Positions 1 through 12,500 of a DNA stretch of 64,000 bases are shown one piece after another. Position numbers and translations under genes: made by a program. The notes beneath the pieces were generated by a model, which saw nothing but the letters and a program-made list of their open reading frames with translations, was not told where the DNA came from and did no database searches. Source of the DNA: Pocillopora damicornis (Eukaryota); contig NW_020843941.1 of assembly GCF_003704095.1 (NCBI RefSeq), forward strand, positions 62,001 to 126,000, given 5' to 3'. Each line of letters begins with the position of its first letter. Position 1 is the stretch's first letter.

Positions 1-189
1 AATCTTCGGAACATCCTCGAAAATCTTCGGAACATCCTCGGAATTCTTCGGAGGTCTTTCAAATTTTCGTTAGTGACGTTTGGAATCTCTCAAAAGGAAA
101 CCAAGCACTTTTTGATTGAGGACCCAGTATATGCAGAGGCGTAGTAATCAAGACGGTCAACCAGAAGAAAGGAAAATGTACGGGGAGAC

Positions 190-535
190 AATGAGAACTT
201 AAAGAGGAAACAAGCATACAGCTTGAAGCGCGGGAACGCGCGAGTGACGAAGTCACAATTTATTTTTAAGTTCGCATCTGGTTGGTTTAAAAAGTGGCAC
301 GAGTTTTCTGGACGAATCATGTCGAACGGTTATAAGGAGCCAATGAGAAGTCACCTTGAAAACAAGTGCACCGATCCGAGCGCGCGAAAACGCGAGTAAT
401 CAATTCCCCAATTGATGAAATTTTACATCTGATTGGTTGCAAGGGTGACGTCAATTTTTTGAGCAATAAGAGAACGAAGTTAAGCAGAACCAAACAGACT
501 CATGTCACTCTCAACGCCCGATTGAAAATTGCTTG
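190..535 (+). repeat. Dispersed AGCGCGGGAAAA / CTGATTGG repeat family (two tandem degenerate units)
   Basis: Related copies lie near 9265-9385 (CpG-decayed) and 63005-63310. Confidence 0.55.
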
Positions 536-562
536 ATTAGCAGATGAACGAAACCTGTTTAC

Positions 563-3500
563 CTTTGATTATTTGCTGTGGGTCTCCACAAAACCATAAT
601 GACAAGCAGCACGATTGAGAACAGGAAATGCCAAAAAGCTTCATCAAGCCACAACTCGGACCAGTCCTACAAGAGAATAACGTAAACTGGCCTCCGTAAA
701 GAATTTCTAAAGCTGTCACTTCGAGCGTTGGCCCTTCGTTAGCCCTACAAGAACTTAGCAGAAGGTCAGTGTTGTGACAGCGTTGGCCCTTCGTTGGCCC
801 TACAAGAACTTAGCGGAAGGTCAGTGTTGTGACATCACGATTTCAACTCCTTACCGTGATACAACCACCCTTGGAAAATCTGTGAGTCTTGATGGACCAA
901 ATCATGTAGGCCACAGATGCTAGAATATGAAGAACAACAAACGAAATATAGTATCATTGTCATAATTTGTGTATGCGAAAAGGAACGAGGCAGTTGAACT
1001 GAGGGGGAAGATGTTATTTGAAAGAGGGACATAATGAGGGAAAGACAGTGAGTGAAGGAAGGAGGCTGTAAGGGTTAGAGGGTAGGGGTACAGAAAGTGT
1101 GAAGGGAAGAAGAAGGAGGAAGACGCCGGGTAGAGGAGCAGGCGGTAGGGAGAAAAGAAGGCAAGAGGGCAAGGAGGCAGGGAAGGTAGAAGAGAGGAGG
1201 AGGAAAAGGGAGGGAAATAGGAGAGCGACAAAGATGTGACGGGGGCCGGAAGGGGAAGAAATGAGTGAAGGATGTACAGGTCATGGACGGGGAGAGAGTG
1301 GAGGAGCATGGAGACAAGAGGAATGTCATCAAGAATTCGCCCGCAAAAACTAAAGAAATGAGCTCACCCAAAACTGCAAAGATAAGAGTGTTTGTGAAGT
1401 GGCGGTACAGGGAGAGTTTCACCAGGTTGCGTCTGATACGAAGAGTCCTTGTGGTCTGAACCAAGGACATAAATATCCACCAGCAGATGGAGGCATCCAG
1501 AACAGCCAGCGGGATACTGGCAATCAACTGCTGACGACCAGGATCAGATTTTGGCTGCAAAAAAAGTTACCCAAGTGCCCGTAAATACAAAAGCAATTTT
1601 CAAATTTGCAAATCTGACGAAAGTGTCCGAAAACAAGACGAATTGCAAGGAAATGTCCGAAAGCACACATTGTCTTAAAAAATCTGTAAAGGAACCACCC
1701 GAAAAGTGTCCGAAAACAAGACGAACTGTACAGAACTGTCCGAGAGTACACACTGTCTTCAAAAATCTGTAAAGGAACCACCCGAAATCTAACAAAACCG
1801 TTTCAAATTAGACGCTCATTCGTATGAAGTTCTGAGGTCTCTTAGAGAAAATAAGCGGTGATTGCCAGACTTACACGAAGTGCCCTAAAGCATCCCTCGA
1901 TAGTAGCCAGGATGAAGTACAAAGCTCCAACTCCTAACACTCGATGGAGGGTTGATCCCAGTCTGGGTCTGATACAGGAAAAAGATTTTATTTTATAATT
2001 CGAAATTAAAGGTACTTCAATAAATAACGTAGTAAAATAACATAAGTTTACGAATCAAAAGCCATCCCGTCAGGGGTTCAGTAAAATGAAGCGATCAGAG
2101 ACATTTCTCTACCCTACCCTCCAGCCCAGCCCACTCCCCCCTTCAGTGTTTTCTTCAGTTACCTCAACATTTCGTTGATACCCATTTATACTCCTGGGTG
2201 GACAAAGGCAGAATTAAGTGTCTTGTCTAAGAACAAAACTCTGACAAGGCCAGAAGAACAAACACACGAACTTACTTGACGATACCGAATCCCATACTGA
2301 CAATGATGACCAAGATTCGAGCCAACGTTCTCTTGACACATGACACAAGCTCAGCAAAAACTGTCAATCCTGGGTCTAAAAAGAAGACAGGTGACCAACA
2401 AATAATCAGGAAAATTAGATAAATTGATGCAAATCACTTGCAGAGTAAGTATCCAAGAGATACCTTAATGAGAAGGCAATAACAAAGAAGAGCATATTTT
2501 CCACAAATACACATTAGAGGATTCACATTTTTTAACATTAATTGAGTGAAAAGTAAGAGCACTTACTTGTCACCCCGGTAATGTTAATGTTATTGTACTC
2601 TGAGAAGAACACAGCCTTTTCCAGCATACCTACAAAAAGAATAATCATGAAAAAATGAAGACTGCAATGCAATAGTATTAAACCCAAGAGTTCACGGTTC
2701 TTTTTTTTTTAAAATGCCTACACTGCAGAATAATTCTTGGGTCGTATGTTCATGTAAACAGTGATCGCTCTGAACTGAAACATCACCCGTGCGTGGCACG
2801 TACAAATCCCACGCAATGCACTGTCTGTATAAAATACAATGAAGTTTGTTTATTTGGTTTCTTTGAGTCAAAATAGTTGATTTCACTGCTGCCATTGTAT
2901 ATAAGATAATTGTGTCGTGTTTATTCAGATTTCAATTGAGAGAATCAGATGATATTGCAGCCTTTAAAAGGAATGTTTTAATTTTGATTTAGGATAATTA
3001 AAACTCCTATTTTTATGTTTGTAAATGCTTTCCTTACACTTTAATTAACGGGACATCCCTAGCATGATGCGTCAGCGATTTTGGTTGTCTCCTCCACAAC
3101 GTTTCTTTATTGTAGTGATAAATTTCAATTAATTTATTGTCTATTTGTAATCTAGTGGAGTGAATCTGTCATAAATAAATATATAGGAACACAAGATAGT
3201 TTAGAGAAAGATGTTTTTTTTTCGTCTTGTCACGAGNNNNNNNNNNNNNNNNNNNNNNNNNNNNNNNNNNNNNNNNNNNNNNNNNNNNNNNNNNNNNNNN
3301 NNNNNNNNNNNNNNNNNNNNNNNNNNNNNNNNNNNNTCACTGAAAGTAAGATGAGATTAATACCTATACCTGTATTCTGAGTAAATCTCTCCACTGGCAA
3401 GCAGAAACGATCAGCCACACAAGGCCATAGAACACATAAAGAAGTGACATGGTGCCATAAAACTAAAGGGTTGAAAAAACAGATTCTGATGAACACTCTT

Positions 3501-6500
3501 TTATTGAGTGAGTGTGTACATGTAAGTAAAGATAACTTCGACCATTAAATAAAGCCACTTTTCATTTTGTTTCCCATCAGTTCACCTTTTCCGTTTCACC
3601 ACGCTCTACGCACTCACCACCAGTTCTATTGCTGTTGACAATGGCGCTCTGTAAAAAACACCACTAGAGCTACCAATGAAACAGTTTTGGCTCTCTGTCA
3701 TGTACCTTATACCATTACCCAGGTAGTAAAAAATGGCAAAATACTCCACAAGTTCTTTAAAAGATTGAGAATTGTACGTCAACACCATTTTCTTAAAGGG
3801 CCACTAAGTTTTTGGAATTTGACAAATCTGAAATTTTTTTAATACTTTGGATTTTCTGTACTTTAACAATTGCTGTAATCATGGTCTTTGTACATTCAAA
3901 CTCAAGCTGATTAAAACTGAATTCCCTCTCCTTTTTGTGCCTGCTGCTAAACTTCAATATTAACTCTTACTGGTCCTAGACACAAAATACAATACTTGCT
4001 TGGATTTTAGAGGAAACATCCAGGGTAGCCATCACTGTCAAGATATATTGGTGAAAAAAAAAAACCCTGTTGCAAGCCACCCATTGCCAAGCACAGAATA
4101 AACAACAATTTTTGACATTCTAGTAGGTTGCATTTTTAATGGCAAGGAATAATTAACTGCATGTAGCAACATCAAGAATAAACCATGCAATAGCAAAACA
4201 CACTCTTTCCACTTACAGGATACAGAGGCCAATCAGATGCAGACAGATAACCATTCTTTCCTTTCATTTCAACATCCACTGTAAGAGAGACAATCAGCTG
4301 TCATTAGCAAAGTATAACACACAACAACATGGAATCTTTTTCTTAAATAAATAACAATGATCTATTATTTCACTCAAGCAGATGATTTTGTTACTTACAA
4401 CTCAGATCAAAGTCCTCATCTTCTTTAAGTTTATTCACTGGTATGGCCTCGATGACCAGTACAAAGACCCCATCACGTTTTGTTTGACAAATACGGTTCA
4501 CAACCTGTTAGAAACAAAACAAAAAAATTAACAACTTTTTATATCAATATCATATCTTTTAACCCTTTAACTCCCAAGATCTCATTAGTAATTCTCCTAA
4601 CTGCCTGCCATACAGTTTTTGTGATGTTAGTTTGGAGAATTTGGCATTGAATCACCTTATAATCCCCTAACTGATATTTTTCTCTATTCTCATCACTTGT
4701 CTGCTTGATATTGTGTTGATATAGTAAGGAGAAATTCTGTCTTGGTCACTTGCGGGAGTTAAGGGTTAACATCTTTATAACTGAGGTAATTACCACCATC
4801 ATAACTATCGTTATTAGTAATAAATGGAACAAAGCTACAGGACATAGACATCCAGAATCCAAGAAATCACCAAGAATACAAACATATTCAAATTATACAG
4901 TAAATGGTTTGAACCTGTAGTTAACATGTGATAGTGTCGTCTGATCATCCAGGTGAGTGTAGTCCTGTGAAGTCCCAACTCCTGCTCAGGATGTTGAAAC
5001 GTCAGTCACTACTGCTGACAATAATCCTTCTCAAGACTGCACTCACCCTTGCAATCAGACTGAACTATCATATCAATTCCAAAGATCCTGGGGAAAAAAT
5101 GTTGCTATTTATCATCTGTGATCAGTATGTGAAAAAGAAGGATTACATATAAACAATTTTTAAAAAAAAGACTCAATATTCACCTTTTCTTCAGTTTTCT
5201 TCTTAGTTGTTCCTGTTTTTTTGGGCTTTTTCTACAAATCATTAGCAAAATAACAACATCAATAAAAAGAAAAATTGTACAAGAATATTTTTAATAAATA
5301 TAATCAACAACCTAAAACTATTATCACAGGGATAACAATCACCATTAGGATATTTGTAATGATGATTAGTTTAATCATTAACATTATCATTATTATTGCT
5401 ATCGTTATAAAAAGGCTATTACATCTCATAATTGCTGCACAACAAAATGATCAATTTTGAAAATTTATTGGATAACACCTAAAATGTCTTGAAAAGAAAA
5501 ACTGCTAAAGGATAAGACTAATAAATGACAGATAATTAAACAAAATAATTATTATTCAATAGCTCATTCTCATCAGCTGGAACCACAGCTTTTCTCACAG
5601 AAGTTTTCTTGGTTATGAAGTAAAGGCAAGATATTATGTTAGCACCCAAAGCTGAGTAGGAAATTGCAAATGCAATACGTGAAAGTGCTTTAAAATCCCT
5701 TTTAAGGCATTTTGAAGATATCAACTTGAAGACAAAACTTTATGAAAGACTTTGAAGCTTACCGATGAACTTTTTGAAGATGACTTTTTAGAACTTTCTG
5801 AATTCTTAAGGAACAAAATAACCATTGTTAACATCAGAAATGGTAATACAATAAAAATCAGAGACAAGTGATGGATCAGTCATAAAATTAGGATGGTGCA
5901 TTTTACAATCTTGAAGGAACTTAGTAAAACTTTCAAACATATTGTTCATCTTGTTCACAGATTCAAATTACAGTGCAAGCTGACTTGTTTTGTGAGTGTA
6001 CAGAGTGTATGTCAGCTGACCCATTGTCACAGTTTTTAGAAAATGTGATCTTGGGATGTTTGTGCATTCACAAGATGGCATTGACATCCTTTCCTTGCAA
6101 CATGAATGATAATCCACAATGTCAGAGTTGCAGGTTTTCATACTTAATGCTTTAACTCTCAAGAACTGTTGAATAATTCTCCCTTCTGAAAGTATCACTT
6201 ATCCTCATAATTTGGTGTTAGATCATGGTGACAACTCCCACCTGATAAGTTTGAATATTCTCATTACCTGTTTGCTGGATAATGTATGGATATTATAGGG
6301 AGAGGTTACACATTAATCACTTCTTGGAATTGAAGGGTTAATTTCATATTTTACATGTATAAGAGAGTATTTGCAATATTTAGTGAGGCTGGTCAAGTTC
6401 AGTTCAAAGCTGGTTTAATAAGTGGCCTGTATGAACAATAACAAGGTCAGATCACAACACTAGGAGCTATGTTCCCTTCTCTTTGCAAGAGGTGCATGGG

Positions 6501-9500
6501 TTCTTTAATGTCCCCTGCTAACCAGTAAAGAGAGGATACAGGAGACAGGGCGTAAGGGTTATCATCCCCATCAGAGACTAGAATGCCTAACCATTTGCCA
6601 ATGTCACAGCAAAGACAGCACATTCTCATTAGTTATTTTAAGACCCTGAGGGTTGGTCTGCTCTGGGACATGAACCCTCACCCTACCACATGGCAGTGGC
6701 CTACAATGTGAGCCAACCAAGCCTGGTCAATAATTTTTTTAAGATGGGAGCTTACATGTACTCGATGATAGAGCACACAATGATAGGTATAGAGCTCACC
6801 TCTGAACCTTTTGTTGTAGATGATGCAGTTGATGATTTACTTGTTTTAACCTCTGGTTTGCTCGCCTCTTGTTTGATCGCCTGTGGTTTGCTTGCCTCTG
6901 GTTTGTCCTTTGGAACAAGAGGGAATCTATTAAAAACTGCTGTAATAATCTCGCACACAGGACACTGCGCCTGGAGCCTATCAGTGCCTTTTCTTATTAA
7001 CCCTTTGACCCCTTTGAGTGACTGACATCTAGCTTCTTCTTACAATATCACCCCTGAATCATGCATTACCAATGCTCCAAGTCTCAAACCTTTGGTCCCC
7101 ATGGCAAGTGAAAAATAAATTTGGCAACAAAAATTAAAGTAAAAAGTTGCCACCTGGTGACTAAAATTTTGACAAAAGTTGCCAATTGGCGACCAAGATA
7201 TTTGGAAACAAAAAACAAAAACCAAAACAAAAACATGAACAATTTATTGATCCTTGGTCCAATTATCAAACAAAGAAACCATTCCCAAATACACAAAAAC
7301 CTACCTAAAATGAACAGTGCATGATAAGTCCAATTGATTTTGTTTAGACGAACTTCATTTTATATTTTTACATTATGTGCTGTATCTAACTCCAACCTTC
7401 AACTATGCAATAAGAAGGATGGTGACTAAATATTAAATCATTCTAGATGTCATTTACAACACACAAGGTTTTAAAACCAATGTTTCAGCTAACTTCAAAT
7501 GAGATGTTTCTCCACTGAGCAGTGGACCAAAATCATATTAAACATGATATGTCACTCACTCTCTGCGACTTTGTACACTGCTTAACCTTTTGAGCTCTGA
7601 GAGTGACCAGCATCTAATTTCTCCCTACAAGATAACTCCTGAATTGCATATTAAGGTTATGAAAATAAAGGAAATAGTCACCTGGGAAGGAACCTTATGA
7701 TTGGCAAACAAATTCTCTTTGTCAGTTTCCTTGGAAATGTATAAAGATCAGTGTGGAGAATATGCATACTGATGTTAGGGTGTAAAAGGTTAAAGCAGAC
7801 AGTGTCTCTCTACCTTCTTATCACCTCTTTTGCTTGAAAATGTATTGACACTGTTGGAAAAAAATTATTCAGGAATCACCCTTCCACGTTTAGCCTTTTG
7901 ACCCTAACATCAGTAACATCTTCATACTCTTTTCTATACATTTCCTAAGGTGCTGACAAGGAGAATTTGTTTACCAATCAAGAGCTTCTTTAGTTGCTGA
8001 TCATTTCCTCGATTCTCATGATTTTGATGGGTGACTCAGGGTGGTATTGTAGAGAGAGAAATTAGATGCTAGTCACTCCTGGGGTCAAAGCCTTAACGCA
8101 GACAGCTATAACTGTCTCACAGCCATAAAAATCTTACATTTGCATCTCTCTTTCTTCGTTTAGAGGTCTTCTGAGGTTTCCCATCCCCATTTCCTAGCAT
8201 CTCACTCTAAAGGGGAAGCAAAATATGACATCTGGTTACTTTTTAAGAAAGAAAACATTACTTCAAAGTACTAGTTACAAACAATACCACAATACATGTT
8301 GGAAACCAGGTCAGCAAGTATGGTGTGCTTACCACATCAGGGTCAGGTTTCTCTTCTCCTTTTGAATCTTTTCCTTTTTTGCCTTCATTTTCCTGCAAAA
8401 AATGAAAAACAGATTGCCTTTCATTTTAAATACAAGTTGAAATATTCTTCAAATGACTACTCTGGCAAATGAATACCTTCAACTACTAGAAACTAGGAAA
8501 CACCGCCTTTCCCTTAAAATACTGCATTGAAACTTCACCAAAGAGGAGCAAACTACCAGCACAAAACTTGAGTATGAAATCTGCCTGAAGCATATTAATT
8601 AACCTCAGGGACATTAATATTGTTCAAGTGAATTATGTATGAATAATGGACTTTGCATTTTTTCCATCACACACACATTATTAGCTTTTCTGTAAGAGTC
8701 CTACAGTGGATTGAAATACAAATTCTCACAGTCATCGCATTGGAGTACAAAAGTACATGCATGGGCACATATGTAAAAAAGTCAAAAGATGAAACACATG
8801 CACCTTTGCATGTAAATCATCAAATGCTGCATGCATATAACTTCACCCAATGGAAGTGCATGCACACTGTTATTCCTACAAATTACATGCACATGTGATT
8901 GATGCATGTGTTGGTGCTGCGATACACACTAACAGATACTCCAGGCAGACATCATTCATCAATAGATATCAGTGAAGTAAACTCTCCTTTTTTAGTACAA
9001 AAACTTACATCAGTGTGAACAGGTTTCTTTTTCTTTTCTTGCTCTGTGTCTGCCTTCTCTTTCTGCGAGCAAATGAATAAAAAATACCAGAAAGTTACAA
9101 AATTCTACTTTCAATTAATCTTTTTCAGTTGAAGTTTACTTTGCTGCAGCTAATTTAACCCTTGCATTACCAGTTATGATTAGAAGAAAGGAAAATAATT
9201 TTAAGAAGTTTCAAGAACTCAAAGTAAAAACAACTAAATTGCCTAAAGTACAAGAAAAGCACGTGTTTTACATCTGATTGGTCGAGAGAGTGGTGCAAGT
9301 TTTCTGGACCAATCACAGAGCAAAGTAAAGTAAAACACCAATGCAATCTCAGATTACCTCTAAAACGCAACTGAACTTTACTCTATCTATAAGACTGTTG
9401 ACATTACTTTAAAGTATGAGCTATTAAAAGTACTCCAGCTTGCATGAAAAAAATCTTTTCTACCACTGGTACTAACATGTTCCTCTTCTTTATCCACTGT

Positions 9501-12500
9501 GCGTGCAAGTTACTTTAAATCAATTTTTTTCAATTTAAGGTTCACTTATTATTGCTACCTCAACCAGCTGTCAACTCTTAAACTCTTAACTCTTAACCCT
9601 TGAACTCTTATGAGTGACCAATACAGAATTTCTCCTTAAAATATCTATACAATATCAACCAGGTAAGTGATGAGAGTAAAGAAAAATATCAATTTGGGGG
9701 TAGTTAGTTGATCCAATACTAAATTCTCTGAACTAACATTATAAGAATTGTATGATTCACAGTAAAGAGAATTACAAATTTGATCTAGGAGTTAAAGAGT
9801 TAAAAGTCACCTGTATCTCATTTTTCCTTACAGCAATACTGCTGAATCATTTATGAAGATCAGGATAATAGAGGAACTGATCACTAACCAAAGAGACTTT
9901 GATTGTAAAACAAGTTCTCAGTTTCATTTTTTTCATCAAATAAGTGATGTGAATTCTCCAATCATTTAAGCATTTAAAACTTCACTTTCTTCTCTGGGAC
10001 CTTCTTTGCATTAGGCTCATTTTTATACAAAAGCATTGTGACAATTTGATATGAGATTGCATGATATCAAATAATCAGGACACATAAGATTACTTTTAAA
10101 TACAAGTTATTGACTAAGCTATTGACAGTGTACAATGTAAGTGAACAAATTAATGTCTAACAGTATGACGTACCTCATCAGTTTTATTTTTCTCATCTTG
10201 ATTCTCCTCTGTTCCCTGATCCTTTTCCTGTTCACAAATGAAGGAAAAATAATGGTACACAACATGAATATCACCATTAACATGTTCACTTCCAAGATTG
10301 GGTTGAAAATTCTCCCCTCCAGCTGATACACATTTCCTTGTAAATTAGTTTAGAGAATTTGATGTTAGATCAAGTTAACTACTCAATAAGTTAGAGTATT
10401 CTCATCACCTGATTGCTAGATAATGTATTGATATTATAGAGAGTTACATGTCAATCATTTCCAGAGGTGATTAACATGTAACTTCTCCCTAAAGTATCCA
10501 TATATATTATCCAGCAAACTGGTGGTGGGAATACTCCAATTTATCAGGTACAAGATATTATATTGATCCAACAGCAAATTCTGGTAACAAATTTACAAGG
10601 CAATGTGTAGCAGCTAGAAGAGAGATTTAACAATCCAATCTTGAGAGTGAAAGGGTTAACTAATCATTACAGTTGAAGTTCAATGATTCTAGTTACTACA
10701 ACTACAGTAGTTTAACACCATAACTACATTCTCATGTACCTTATACCTTTTGAAGGGTTTTCATTTAGTCTTTCAGGCTACATCAGATGAGTAAACTTAC
10801 AAAGAAATAGGACTTCCTAGTTCAGTTTTGTTTTGGTGTCTTCCAGGAAGGAGACATCCCTATGGATCTAGCATACACACATTTAATCTACACAACTGCC
10901 TCAAGTTACTCTAAGAATTACTTACTTGACTTTCTGTAACTGAAGGGCTGGGTTGAATCAACTCTATTACCGTATCAGTTTGGTCCTACACATATATATT
11001 TTAAAAAAAAAACAGCAATAGAAGTTGTGCGCCACAGAAAGTACCACCTGGTCTTAGTTTTAGCTTAGTGCTACACAGTTTACATAAGCCTCGGAGGTCC
11101 TTAACACCCACAGTTGAAAAGCTTTGTCCAATAAAAGCATTATAACTTTTTCTAAGGCTTAGTCCAACTCTCCTCCAATAAATAACAGGAATTTAATCTA
11201 CTGGGACAGTGATGGCAAGAAAACTATACAAAATGAAGTTCCATATATATTTTTATTCAGAATTTTACATTCAGCTCTACTTGTCTAGCATATCTGGTGG
11301 CAGCATATCTCTTTTTTTTTAGACCAGACAAATATTGGTGATTTATCACTGTTGTTCTGAAGACAGCTAAAAAAATTTCCAATTTTTTTTCTTCCAACAA
11401 AGTTTATAAGGATTTCATGGCAAATAAAGCAAGGTAAACATCACCAATGACTGTGAAAGCTTCAGATGTGAACGAGTTATAACTCAATCACATCTAAAGC
11501 TTTTTTGGTAATTAGTGATGTTCACCTTGCTTTATTTGCCTTGAGATCCTTTAAAAACTTATAAACTTTGGAAGAAAAAAAAATGTTTTTTTACTAAAGG
11601 TCTTTTACTTTTCTTCATATTTAACTTCTAATAAGTTGTACTAGATTGAAGACCAACTCGCCTACATCTCTACTTGATTTTATACATCAGCAAGTTGACA
11701 TTAGTGAGTTGAACTGTCGGCAACTGGACCGTAATTCATCTGTGAGGGGCACTTGTTTGACAATATAACTTATAAGATATGTCTGGGTGCTTATTTGAGG
11801 AAATAGAGTAGATATAAAACCAAAAGTTCAAGGCAAACGGATACAAACCGCAAAATGTATTGCAGCTTTACAATCCACAGTGTAGTTTCCATTCAGCGAG
11901 TGATTGGCATAACCACTATCAAAAATTATACCAACACGGTCCTCTCCTGAATCATCACCACCATCCTGAATAGAAATGAAAAGTTTTTAAACCCTTTCAG
12001 TAATTCTCCTAAATGTCTGCCATACAATGTATTACAATGTTAGTTTAGAGAATTTGGTTTTGGATCCACTAATAATACTCTAATTGATAATTTTCTTAAT
12101 TCTCCTCAATAATCTGCTTGATATTGTATTGAAATTCTTAAGAGAAATTCTGTCTTGGTCACTCATGGGAGGTAAAGGGTTAACACCCACACGCATACAC
12201 AAAATTACAAGATTCTGGGGCTTGAATCCTACTTATTGACAAAATAGAGAAAGGACGTCATCACAATAAAACGTAACATTTCTAATAATTTTATCAAAGT
12301 CATGGACTTGTCATGGTCTAACAGAACACAAGAAAAGCTCATAAAAGTCTTTAAAAACTTTGAAAGCTGATTACTATCCAAAAAATTGGTAGAATTTCAG
12401 GAAATTTAAAAGATGTGACAAAACAGGGAACATTCAAGAAACATGTACCTCCAAAGGTGAGAACATCTCAGCACATGGTGAAACTGCCAAACGCCATTTA

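Noticed and set aside
920-1309. 129-aa Pro/Ser/Leu/Phe-rich ORF
   Set aside because: Artefact of the pyrimidine-rich low-complexity tract inside a TMEM87 intron.
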